Shown in pieces: positions 39,511-47,951 of a stretch of 64,000 nt of DNA (its first letter is position 1; every line of letters starts with the position of its first letter). This DNA comes from Actinomycetota bacterium (GTDB lineage Bacteria > Actinomycetota > CADDZG01 > JAHWKV01), in NCBI GenBank assembly GCA_035536315.1, contig DATLOJ010000157.1:617-64616 (forward strand). The letters run 5' to 3'. Both the position numbers and the translations under genes were made by a program. The notes beneath the pieces were generated by a model that searched no databases, was not told where the DNA came from, and worked only from the letters and a program-made list of their open reading frames with translations.

Positions 39511-40094
39511 GACGAAATTTCTTGATATTCGTGCTGGTGGTGATAGTCACCGCGGTTCTGTACTTCTTCTTCGTGTTCAGCCCGCAGAGCGAGCGGATCA
39601 AAGAGGCGTCGGAATCTGCGGACGCTGCTGAGACCAAGGTGAGCAGGCTCACGCTCGAGCTAAGGCGGCTACAGGCGCTGCAGAAGGATGCGCCCCGCCT
39701 TCGTCAGGAGGCGCAGGTCCTGGATAGCGCGATGCCGAACGATCCACAGCTTGCTCAGTTTCTCTTGATGGTTCAGGAGCAGGCCGATGCTTCGGGCATC
39801 GATTGGACTTCGGTCAACCCCGCGCCCCCCATCGCCGGGCCGCAGCCGAACGTGAGCGAGATCACGATCGCGCTGAACGTCAGTGGAGGGTACTTCCAGG
39901 TCCAGGACTTCCTCGTAAGGCTCGAGACCCTTTCACGCGCTCTGAAGATCGACACCCTGAGTCTGACCCCGCTTCCTGCGACGGAAGGTGCCTCAGCTGG
40001 AGGTTCGCCGGAGCTGATTACCAGCCTCACCATGAAGATGTTCGTCTCGTCGATTTCAGCCGCGCCGGCAACAACGGCCGCAGCGGGAACTTAG
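39507..40094 (+). CDS. pilO: type IV pilus assembly protein PilO
   Basis: Transmembrane helix, coiled-coil and PilO C-domain; ATGA overlap with pilN. Confidence 0.8.
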   Translation: MRRNFLIFVLVVIVTAVLYFFFVFSPQSERIKEASESADAAETKVSRLTLELRRLQALQKDAPRLRQEAQVLDSAMPNDPQLAQFLLMVQEQADASGIDWTSVNPAPPIAGPQPNVSEITIALNVSGGYFQVQDFLVRLETLSRALKIDTLSLTPLPATEGASAGGSPELITSLTMKMFVSSISAAPATTAAAGT

Positions 40095-40108
40095 ACAAGG
40101 AGCTTTTG

Positions 40109-40726
40109 GTGGCAACCGAAGAAGCAGTAGTCGAAGAGAGACAAGGCCTGAACCCGGCGGTAGTTGCCGCGCTCGTCGTGGGCGGGCTTTTGCTTCTCGG
40201 ACTCTTCTTCTGGTTTGTCGCCAGACCATTCCTGTTTCCCCAGCCTGCTGAAGAGCCACGCGTGCCTGCCCCGAAGAGGCAGGCCGTGAACCCCAGTCCC
40301 AGCCCGGCAGCGGCCGCGGAGCAGCCTCCAGCAGAGACCTTCGAGGTCTTTGAATCGAAGGATCCATTCCGTCCCCTTGTCGTCGTGCCCGTAGCTGCGG
40401 GGGCCGGAAGCGGTTCTACGACATCAGGTGCAACCGGTGGAGGTACAACTGGGACCACAACCGGTGGGAACACGCCCGCCGCAGGGAACGGTGCTGCGGG
40501 GGGAGCCGCGCCAACGGGCGGACAGCGGGTCAGTCTGATCGATGTGTTCACCGACGACGGCACTAAGAAAGCTCAGATCAAGGTCGGGAGCACGGTCTAC
40601 ACGGTCGCGGTCGGCGAGACGTTCGCCCAGAACTACAAGCTCGTTTCCGTATCGGGGGACTGCGCGACGCTGCTGCACGGAGACAACAAGTTCACCCTCT
40701 GCGAGGGCGAAGAGGTAATTAAGTAG
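40109..40726 (+). CDS. membrane-anchored hypothetical protein, possible PilP-like T4P accessory component
   Basis: GTG start 6 nt after an AAGGAG ribosome-binding site. It has one transmembrane helix, a Pro/Ala-rich linker, a Gly/Thr-rich low-complexity linker, and a C-terminal beta-rich domain of about 70 aa. It lies directly after pilO. Confidence 0.5.
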   Translation: MATEEAVVEERQGLNPAVVAALVVGGLLLLGLFFWFVARPFLFPQPAEEPRVPAPKRQAVNPSPSPAAAAEQPPAETFEVFESKDPFRPLVVVPVAAGAGSGSTTSGATGGGTTGTTTGGNTPAAGNGAAGGAAPTGGQRVSLIDVFTDDGTKKAQIKVGSTVYTVAVGETFAQNYKLVSVSGDCATLLHGDNKFTLCEGEEVIK

Positions 40727-41044
40727 GGGCTTCGCTTACTCAGCCATGACGGCGGCCCGTCGGCCCTCCCTAGCTCAATTTCGCCTGCCTGCCCAAGGGA
40801 AATTGGGTCGGGCGGCGAAGCCCAGCCCGGCCTGGCGACACCCTGGCGGTCTTGCGCTCGGGCCGCCGATCTCTACAACGCTTAGGTACGCGCAAAGTCG
40901 CCTGTCCGGTCTGACTCCGCCGCCCTACGTTCCTCGCCATGAGCGGCTCCACAAGCGCTACAGAACAAGTCACCGCCGCCCTGCCTGAGTTCTCTCGGCT
41001 TGGCGCTGGAAGTGGGTTGGGGGCGGGGGATTTACCATGCGGGG

Positions 41045-42193
41045 GTGAGGTTTCTTACTGCTGGGGAGTCGCATGGGCCTGCGCTTTCTTTGATTGTTGA
41101 GGGGCTTCCTTCGGGATTGGCGCTTTCTAGGGAGTTCATAGGGCGGGAGCTTGCTCGTCGGCGGCTCGGGTTTGGCAGGGGGCCTCGCATGAAGATCGAG
41201 GCCGACGAGCTCGAGATTCTGAGTGGGGTGCGGTTCGGCAGAACTCTGGGGAGCCCGGTGTCCATGTTGATTCGCAATTCAGAGTGGGCAAAATGGGAAC
41301 GGGTCATGTCCGCGGAAGGTAAGCCTGCTGGAAACCCGCTCACCGAGCCGCGGCCTGGACACGCCGACCTTGCAGGGATGTTGAAGTACGACTTCGACGA
41401 CGCACGCAACGTGCTCGAACGGGCAAGTGCTCGAGAAACCGCGGCCAGAACTGCAGCGGGGGCTACGGCCAAGACACTGCTTGGGGAGCTCGGGGTTCAG
41501 GTTGTCTCTCACGTGGTGGCCATCGGCCCGGTCGCGTCGGACTCGGATCGCAGACCCTCCCCGGACGATTTGGATGCCGTCGACTCGAGCCCTGTCCGGT
41601 GTTTCGATCCAGCGGTTGAGGGGGCGATGATCGCCGAGATCGAAAAGTGCTTCGAGGAGGGCGATTCGCTTGGAGGAGTGTTCGAGGTGATCGCTTACGG
41701 CGTCCCTTCCGGCCTCGGTTCATACGTTCACTACGACCGCAAACTCGATGGCGTGCTCGGGGGAGCCTTCATGTCCATTCCAGGGATCAAGGCGGTCGCG
41801 ATTGGTGACGGCCTGAAGGTCGCCAGACAGCGCGGAACTCAAGCGCATGACGAGATCTATCTCGAGGACGGCCGGTTCGTTAGGAAGACCGATCATGCCG
41901 GGGGTCTCGAAGGAGGCGTGACCATCGGCGGATCGGTTCGCGTGCGGGCTTCGATGAAGCCCCTGTCCACGTTGAAGCAACCTCTGAAGACCGTAGACAC
42001 TCGGACCGGAAAACCGGCCGAGGCTTTCAGGGAGAGGACCGACGTCTGCTCTGTGCCAGCCGCCGCGGTCGTAGGGGAAGCGATGATGGCATGGGTCCTG
42101 GCTGATGCAGCAGCCGACAAGTTCGGCGGGGACACGGTCGGGGACATGAAGGCGGCGCTTTCGACCTTTTTGCGGCGCACCCATCGCGGGTGA
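41045..42193 (+). CDS. aroC: chorismate synthase
   Basis: RFLTAGESHG N-terminus with a GTG start; conserved along the full length. Confidence 0.93.
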   Translation: MRFLTAGESHGPALSLIVEGLPSGLALSREFIGRELARRRLGFGRGPRMKIEADELEILSGVRFGRTLGSPVSMLIRNSEWAKWERVMSAEGKPAGNPLTEPRPGHADLAGMLKYDFDDARNVLERASARETAARTAAGATAKTLLGELGVQVVSHVVAIGPVASDSDRRPSPDDLDAVDSSPVRCFDPAVEGAMIAEIEKCFEEGDSLGGVFEVIAYGVPSGLGSYVHYDRKLDGVLGGAFMSIPGIKAVAIGDGLKVARQRGTQAHDEIYLEDGRFVRKTDHAGGLEGGVTIGGSVRVRASMKPLSTLKQPLKTVDTRTGKPAEAFRERTDVCSVPAAAVVGEAMMAWVLADAAADKFGGDTVGDMKAALSTFLRRTHRG

Positions 42194-42708
42194 AGATAGC
42201 TCCGGCCGGTACCGTCGCTCTCATCGGGCCCATGGGTGCGGGCAAGAGCGAAGTTGGGGCCCTGCTCGCCCGAATGAGCCATAGACCGTTCATCGATACC
42301 GATCGTGCCGTTGAAGCGGCGGCTGGGATGTCGATCGCACAGATATTCCAGAGCAGGGGGGAGAAAGAATTCAGGCGAATCGAAGAAGAGGTCGTCAAAG
42401 AGTCTGCTTTGCGAAAGGGGGCGGTCATAGCCTGTGGAGGCGGCGCCGTTGAATCAGCTTCGGCGATGTCCGCCCTCGCCAGGAGCGGAGCGATCGTTTA
42501 CCTGCGTATAGATGCAACCAGCGCTGCGGCTCGCCTTGGCTCCGGGGAAGGACGACCCTTGCTCGGAGGTGGCGAAGTCGAACAAAAGCTCACGAAGCTC
42601 ATTCAGGAAAGGTCGGGGCGTTATGAGGAGCTTGCCGATCTGACGGTGGATGCGAACGGCCCACCACAACAGGTCGCCGAGTCGATCACCGAAGGGCTCG
42701 CCCTATGA
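42190..42708 (+). CDS. aroK: shikimate kinase
   Basis: GPMGAGKS P-loop; 172 aa. Confidence 0.92.
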   Translation: MKIAPAGTVALIGPMGAGKSEVGALLARMSHRPFIDTDRAVEAAAGMSIAQIFQSRGEKEFRRIEEEVVKESALRKGAVIACGGGAVESASAMSALARSGAIVYLRIDATSAAARLGSGEGRPLLGGGEVEQKLTKLIQERSGRYEELADLTVDANGPPQQVAESITEGLAL

Positions 42709-43772
42709 AGGCTCATCGAGTTGAGCTGGGCGCCGACTCATATCAGGTCGTGGTTGGTACCGACATCCTTGACGCAATTCCGGAGATTCTTCCTTCCGGC
42801 CCTATAAACAGGATCGCGATTGTCGAGGACGCCGGAGTACCGGAGCCGGCAAGAGACGCGCTCGAGAACGTGATGGGCGAGATCGCCGAGGTGCGCAGGA
42901 TTGCCGTGCCGGGTGGAGAGCAAGTCAAGTCGCTGGCCTCGGTTGAGAAGGTTCTCGAGATGCTCGCCCAATGGCCTCTCAGAAGGTCGGATCTGGTTGT
43001 TGGTTTTGGGGGAGGGGCCACTACCGACCTTGCGGGATTCGTTGCTTCCGTTTACCAGCGGGGAGTGAAGGTCTGCCACGTGCCGACCACTCTTCTGGGA
43101 CAGGTGGATGCAGCGATCGGCGGCAAGACAGCAGTGAACCTTGCGGGCAAGAATATGACAGGTACTTTTCACCAGCCGTGCCTGGTGATTTGCGACGTGG
43201 CAACAACTCGTTCGCTTTCTGAAGACCACCTGCGCTCGGGTCTTGCTGAGGTGATCAAGTACGGGCTGTGTTTCGACTCCGCTTTGCTCAGTCTTCTCCG
43301 CGACGACGCTTTGAACGCGTTCCAAAAGGATCCGGAGGCGATGGTGTCCGCTTGCGTTCGTATAAAGGCCGAGATAGTGGCGATCGACACGTTCGATAAA
43401 TCTGTTCGCCGGCATCTCAACTACGGACACACCCTTGGTCATGCACTGGAACTGGCAACCGGTTTCGAGGAGCTAATGCACGGTGAGGCCATCTCGATAG
43501 GAATGACGTTTGCCGCGGAGATGTCCCTGGGCATGGGTCTGTTGAGCGACGAGGAAGTGAATCTTCACCGGCAGATCATTTCGGGAGCAGGGCTTCCGGT
43601 TTCGACGAACGTTACCCCCGAAACGGTCATACCCCTTCTCACCAGGGACAAGAAATTTCGTGACGACCAGGCGTGGGTGTTGCTGGAAGGTTTGCAGCGT
43701 CCTTTCGTCAAGATAGGCGTACCCCAGGACGCTGTGCTTGCGGCTTATGCGAAGGTCTCGCATGATGGGTGA
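42705..43772 (+). CDS. aroB: 3-dehydroquinate synthase
   Basis: GGG.TDLAGF, NAD and metal-binding motifs. Confidence 0.94.
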   Translation: MKAHRVELGADSYQVVVGTDILDAIPEILPSGPINRIAIVEDAGVPEPARDALENVMGEIAEVRRIAVPGGEQVKSLASVEKVLEMLAQWPLRRSDLVVGFGGGATTDLAGFVASVYQRGVKVCHVPTTLLGQVDAAIGGKTAVNLAGKNMTGTFHQPCLVICDVATTRSLSEDHLRSGLAEVIKYGLCFDSALLSLLRDDALNAFQKDPEAMVSACVRIKAEIVAIDTFDKSVRRHLNYGHTLGHALELATGFEELMHGEAISIGMTFAAEMSLGMGLLSDEEVNLHRQIISGAGLPVSTNVTPETVIPLLTRDKKFRDDQAWVLLEGLQRPFVKIGVPQDAVLAAYAKVSHDG

Positions 43773-43778
43773 CCTGCA

Positions 43779-44222
43779 ATGACAAAGATATTTGTGATCA
43801 ACGGACCCAACCTCAACCTTCTAGGCGATCGGGAGCCGGAGGTTTATGGAACCACGACCCTCAAGGAAATCGAGCAGCTGTGCCGGGACGTTGCCAGGGA
43901 GGCGGGGGCCGAGGTCGACTTCAGGCAAACCAACGACGAAGGAACCTTCATCGACTGGCTTCACGAAGCGCGGCAGTCTGCGGATGCCGTTGTACTTAAC
44001 CCCGCCGCCTTTACGCATCACTCGTATGCTGTTGCGGAAGCAGTTTCGGCCCTCGACGTTCCAGTGGTCGAGGTTCACTTGTCCAACATTTACTCGCGTG
44101 AGGAGTGGCGAAGAAGGTCCGTCGTCTCTCCCGTAGCAACGGCGGTTGTGGCCGGCCTTGGTGCACGCGGGTATACGGTGGCCGTCGCGGCCGCGTGTGA
44201 GCTGGCTGAAGGAAAGGGTTAA
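43779..44222 (+). CDS. aroQ: type II 3-dehydroquinate dehydratase
   Basis: INGPNLNLLG N-terminus; 147 aa. Confidence 0.94.
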   Translation: MTKIFVINGPNLNLLGDREPEVYGTTTLKEIEQLCRDVAREAGAEVDFRQTNDEGTFIDWLHEARQSADAVVLNPAAFTHHSYAVAEAVSALDVPVVEVHLSNIYSREEWRRRSVVSPVATAVVAGLGARGYTVAVAAACELAEGKG

Positions 44223-44226
44223 CCAC

Positions 44227-45330
44227 ATGGATTACCAGGCAAGGCTCGAATGGCTTTCGAAAAAGCTCGCGGAACAAGAGGCGGACGGCATGATCGTTGG
44301 GGGATTCACCTCTATCGAGCGGTCTCGCATTCCGAACGTTGAATACCTTTGCGGCTTTACGGGTTCTGAAGGAACCGTTATTGCCGGACCGCAGGGAGCT
44401 TTCCTAATAACCGACGGCCGTTACACGATCCAGGCTGCCAACGAGGTAAAGGGTGCAGAGGTTCGCATCTTCGAGACGTCCGCCGACCGGCCGGAGCTAC
44501 TCCAGAGATCGGCAAGCGATGCTGGGATAACCAGGGCGGCATTTGAGTCGGGCATCGTTTCGGTCGATGGCCTGAATGATTTGAAGGGTTACCTACCCGA
44601 GGTCGAGCTCGTGCCCGTCAAGGATGTTGTCGAAGAACTGAGGCAGGTCAAGCAGCCGGAAGAGATCGAATTGATCAGGGAAGCCGCAAAGATGGCGGAC
44701 GCTGCCTTCGAGTGGATCGTCGGAAAAGTCGAGGTTGGAAAGACAGAACGCGATTTGGCCCTTGATCTCGAGATGTACATCCGGCGCAACGGAGCCGAAG
44801 CGGTTTCCTTCGATTCGATTGTGGCTGCTGCAGAGCGAAGCGCGCTGCCGCACGCCGACCCAACCAACCGCGAGGTCGAGAAGGGGCACTTTCTTCTATT
44901 GGACTTCGGTTGCCTCTTCAAGGGCTACTGCTCTGACCTAACGAGAACTGTCGCTGTGGGTCCTGTGGACGACAGACATCACCAGGTGTACGAAGCGGTG
45001 CTTGCCTCGAACGAGGCGGGAATAGCCGCAGTGAAGCCGGGGGCCGGCGGTCACGATGTCGACGCGGCTGCCAGAGGTGTCCTTGAAGAGGCAGGCTTCG
45101 GCGATGCCTTCGCGCACGGACTCGGGCATGCCGTAGGCCTCGAGGTGCACGAGTCGCCTCGCCTTACTCGTGGATCTGAGGACGTCCTTATCGCCGGCAA
45201 CGTCGTCACGATCGAACCCGGTGCCTACTTCGAGGGCTGGGGCGGTGTCCGGATCGAGGACCTGGTTCTTGTCACGCAGAATGGAGCAGATGTACTCAGC
45301 TCCGCGCCCAAAGACCTCATCCAGCTCTAA
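44227..45330 (+). CDS. pepQ: Xaa-Pro aminopeptidase/dipeptidase (M24B)
   Basis: Creatinase-like N domain plus M24 metal ligands (HGLGH..GLEVHE). Start is taken at the ATG at 44227, which has a ribosome-binding site. Confidence 0.88.
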   Translation: MDYQARLEWLSKKLAEQEADGMIVGGFTSIERSRIPNVEYLCGFTGSEGTVIAGPQGAFLITDGRYTIQAANEVKGAEVRIFETSADRPELLQRSASDAGITRAAFESGIVSVDGLNDLKGYLPEVELVPVKDVVEELRQVKQPEEIELIREAAKMADAAFEWIVGKVEVGKTERDLALDLEMYIRRNGAEAVSFDSIVAAAERSALPHADPTNREVEKGHFLLLDFGCLFKGYCSDLTRTVAVGPVDDRHHQVYEAVLASNEAGIAAVKPGAGGHDVDAAARGVLEEAGFGDAFAHGLGHAVGLEVHESPRLTRGSEDVLIAGNVVTIEPGAYFEGWGGVRIEDLVLVTQNGADVLSSAPKDLIQL

Positions 45331-45342
45331 CCGGAAATCGAC

Positions 45343-45903
45343 GTGATCTCGACCAACGACATGCGGCCAGGAATGACGCTAGATCTGAACGGCGACTTGT
45401 TCACCATCGTTCATTACCAGCACCACAAACCCGGTAAGGGCGGCGCGATGGTGCGCACGAAGTTGAAAAACGTCAAGACGGGGGCGGTGATCGACCGCAC
45501 CTTCCGGGCCGACGAGAAGCTGGAGCTGGCCCACCTCGATAAGAGATCGATGCAGTACCTGTACGCAGACGACTCAGGTTTTGTCTTCATGGACAACGAG
45601 ACGTACGAGCAGATTCACATCGACCGAGACTTTGTGGCAGAGGCGGCAGGTTTTATCAAAGAAGGTATGTCCGTCCAGATCCCCATGTATCAATCGAGCC
45701 CGATTGGGATCGATCTCCCGGTTACCGTCGATCTGGTGGTCACCCAGACCGAGCCCGGCCTCCAAGGAGACCGGAGCACCGCAGGAACAAAGCCCGCGAC
45801 GGTCGAAACAGGCGCTACGGTTCAGGTCCCGATCTTCGTAACAACCGGAGAAACCATCAGGATCGACACAAGGACGGGCAGCTACGTAACGCGGGTCCGG
45901 TAG
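45343..45903 (+). CDS. efp: elongation factor P
   Basis: KPGKGGA loop; 186 aa; GTG start. Confidence 0.95.
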   Translation: MISTNDMRPGMTLDLNGDLFTIVHYQHHKPGKGGAMVRTKLKNVKTGAVIDRTFRADEKLELAHLDKRSMQYLYADDSGFVFMDNETYEQIHIDRDFVAEAAGFIKEGMSVQIPMYQSSPIGIDLPVTVDLVVTQTEPGLQGDRSTAGTKPATVETGATVQVPIFVTTGETIRIDTRTGSYVTRVR

Positions 45904-46307
45904 TGGCAAAGCGGCGGGGGTCTCGCAAGCTCGCGCTGGACGTCCTCTACGAAAGTGAAATTTCGGGAATTCCTTCCACCGATATTCTTGCCAGGTACGC
46001 GGGTAACCCCGCTTACGAGTACGCAGCCTTGCTGGTAAGCGGGGTGGAAGAGAACAAGGAGAGAATTGACGAAATCATCACCGAGAATGCAAAGGACTGG
46101 GCCCTTGACCGAATGCCCCCGATCGACTTGAACCTCCTTCGCATCTCGATATTCGAGCTTTTATTTTGTTCCGACATTCCCCCGGCAGTCGCTATGAACG
46201 AGGCGGTGGAGCTTGCCGGCATCTACTCGACGGATGACTCTGGCAGGTTCATCAACGGGGTTCTCGCTGAGATCGATCGACAGAGCGGGAAAGATCGAGC
46301 CGTTTGA
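45903..46307 (+). CDS. nusB: transcription antitermination factor NusB
   Basis: 134-aa NusB fold (ALDVLYESEISG...). Confidence 0.93.
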   Translation: MAKRRGSRKLALDVLYESEISGIPSTDILARYAGNPAYEYAALLVSGVEENKERIDEIITENAKDWALDRMPPIDLNLLRISIFELLFCSDIPPAVAMNEAVELAGIYSTDDSGRFINGVLAEIDRQSGKDRAV

Positions 46308-46383
46308 TTCAAATCCCGCGTAATTTCTTGCGGGTGAATAGCAGGGCTGTTACAGTGAAACCGCTTCCCCTCAACCTTTAATT

Positions 46384-46402
46384 CCTGGTCCAGAGAGGCC
46401 AG
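46384..46402 (+). promoter_or_regulatory. PyrR-binding RNA loop (pyr operon leader)
   Basis: CCTGG-UCCAGAGAGG-CCAG matches the PyrR binding-loop consensus (UCCAGAGAGGCU class). It lies immediately 5' of an AAAGGAGA ribosome-binding site. Confidence 0.7.
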
Positions 46403-46417
46403 AAAGGAGAGCTTCAC

Positions 46418-46480
46418 ATGGGATTGAACGTTGCCGCACCCCGAAGGTGCGGCTTTTTCTTTGCTTGCGATCTGTCTTGA
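46418..46480 (+). CDS. putative 20-aa leader peptide of the pyr operon
   Basis: ATG 7 nt after AAAGGAGA; translates as [20 protein letters not shown]. It runs through the terminator hairpin, and its TGA stop overlaps the pyrR TTG start (TTGA). Confidence 0.35.
   Translation: MGLNVAAPRRCGFFFACDLS
46433..46462 (+). terminator. intrinsic terminator / pyr attenuator hairpin
   Basis: Stem GCCGCACC, loop CCGAA, stem GGTGCGGC, followed by TTTTTCTTT. Confidence 0.8.
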
Positions 46481-47025
46481 ACCAACATAGCGATACCGCC
46501 AAAGCTGTTCTCGAGGCCCCCGATATCGCCAGGGCCCTCAAGCGGATTGCTCACGAAATTCTCGAACGAAACAAGGGGTCGGAAGGCCTCGCCCTGGTGG
46601 GAATTCACAAAAGGGGAGTTCCCCTCGCGGAGCGACTCGGAAGAGAGATCGAGAGAATCGAGGGCAAGCCGGCCCTTGTCGGCGCTCTGGACGTCTCGTT
46701 CTACCGGGACGACGTGGGGATCAGGCGGCCACAGGAGGTCGAGACGACGTCGTTCGGCTTCGACATCACAAACATGACAGTTGTCCTTGTCGACGACGTT
46801 CTCTACACGGGAAGAACCGTCAGGGCTGCCATCGACGCTCTGGTCGATTTCGGGCGTCCAAAGGCCGTTCAGCTGGCGGTGTTGGTCGATCGAGGCCATC
46901 GCGAGCTGCCGATCCGGCCCGACTTCGTCGGCAAGAACCTTCCCACCTCTTCAGAAGAGGACGTAAAAGTATTGCTCGAGGAGACAGACGGCAGTGATGC
47001 CGTTCTCATAGGGGTGTCCCAATGA
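46477..47025 (+). CDS. pyrR: bifunctional pyrimidine operon regulator / uracil phosphoribosyltransferase PyrR
   Basis: PRTase motif [13 protein letters not shown] and the PyrR N-terminal pattern. Start is placed at the TTG after the attenuator terminator; the longer ORF start at 46447 lies inside the hairpin. Confidence 0.88.
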   Translation: MNQHSDTAKAVLEAPDIARALKRIAHEILERNKGSEGLALVGIHKRGVPLAERLGREIERIEGKPALVGALDVSFYRDDVGIRRPQEVETTSFGFDITNMTVVLVDDVLYTGRTVRAAIDALVDFGRPKAVQLAVLVDRGHRELPIRPDFVGKNLPTSSEEDVKVLLEETDGSDAVLIGVSQ

Positions 47026-47951
47026 TCAAACATCTACTGTCGATTGATCAGCTTTCCGTCGCGCAAATCGAAGAAGTCCTGAGGATCGCCGAGTCCTTCA
47101 GAGAAGTGGGCACCAGGAGGATCAAGAAAGTCCCCACGCTCAGGGGGCGAACGGTTTGCAACTTGTTCTTCGAGCCTTCGACGCGAACTCGTATCTCTTT
47201 CGAGATAGCAGCAAAGAGGTTGTCGGCAGATGTCATCAATTTCACCGCAGACTCCCGGACCTCAGTATCCAAGGGAGAGTCTTTCAAGGACACTGCTCTC
47301 ACGCTGCAAGCCATGGGAATGGACGCGATCGTCATTCGGCACTCTTCATCCGGTGCCCCTCAAAGACTTTCGAAATGGGTGGCAGCCAGTGTGATCAATG
47401 CGGGAGACGGAGCTCACGAGCATCCAACCCAGGCGCTTTTGGACCTTTACTCCATTAGAGAGCGCTTCCCCAGCTTCGAGGGTCTCAGGATTGCAATCGT
47501 TGGGGATGTCCTGCACTCACGGGTGGCTCGCTCGAACATAAAGGCATTCACTAAGATGGGGGCCCAGGTCACCGTTGTTGGCCCGCCCACCCTTATCCCC
47601 GCTTCCGCCGAGAGTTGGGGAGCCGATGTTTCATGGTCGCTCGACGAGGTCCTTCCCAAGCTCGACGTCGTTTATCTGCTGAGGGTGCAAAAAGAACGGC
47701 AAAACGAGCAACTGTTTCCAACCATTAGAGAGTACGCGTCGGTGTGGGGGATGGACCGCAGAAGGGCTGAGCAACTGAAGCCAGAGGCTCTGATCATGCA
47801 TCCCGGTCCAATCAACCGGGGAGTCGAGATCGGCTCGGACCTGGCCGACCTGTCCAGATCGATCATCACCGACCAGGTCACCAACGGGATCGCAGTGCGC
47901 ATGTCTTTGCTCTATCTGATGCTCGGCGAGGGTTCGGAGGAGGGCTCATGA
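47022..47951 (+). CDS. pyrB: aspartate carbamoyltransferase catalytic subunit
   Basis: STRTR and HPGP motifs; 309 aa. Confidence 0.95.
   Translation: MIKHLLSIDQLSVAQIEEVLRIAESFREVGTRRIKKVPTLRGRTVCNLFFEPSTRTRISFEIAAKRLSADVINFTADSRTSVSKGESFKDTALTLQAMGMDAIVIRHSSSGAPQRLSKWVAASVINAGDGAHEHPTQALLDLYSIRERFPSFEGLRIAIVGDVLHSRVARSNIKAFTKMGAQVTVVGPPTLIPASAESWGADVSWSLDEVLPKLDVVYLLRVQKERQNEQLFPTIREYASVWGMDRRRAEQLKPEALIMHPGPINRGVEIGSDLADLSRSIITDQVTNGIAVRMSLLYLMLGEGSEEGS

Noticed and set aside
40746-40988. 80-aa ORF in the pilus–aroC spacer
   Set aside because: Arg/Pro/Ala-rich low complexity, no ribosome-binding site and no family resemblance. It is a typical high-GC spurious frame.
44146-44226. Upstream extension of pepQ (MWPALVHAGIRW...)
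   Set aside because: The extension overlaps the aroQ coding sequence and has no ribosome-binding site. The ATG at 44227 has a ribosome-binding site and matches the M24B N-terminus.
46314-46334. Short hairpin (CCCGC–loop–GCGGG) after nusB as a terminator
   Set aside because: There is no U-tract and the stem is only 5 bp. The strong terminator is the downstream attenuator hairpin, so this one is probably not functional on its own.
46447-46476. Longer pyrR ORF starting at GTG 46447
   Set aside because: That start lies inside the terminator hairpin. The N-terminal extension ([10 protein letters not shown]) is not PyrR-like; the TTG at 46477 fits better.
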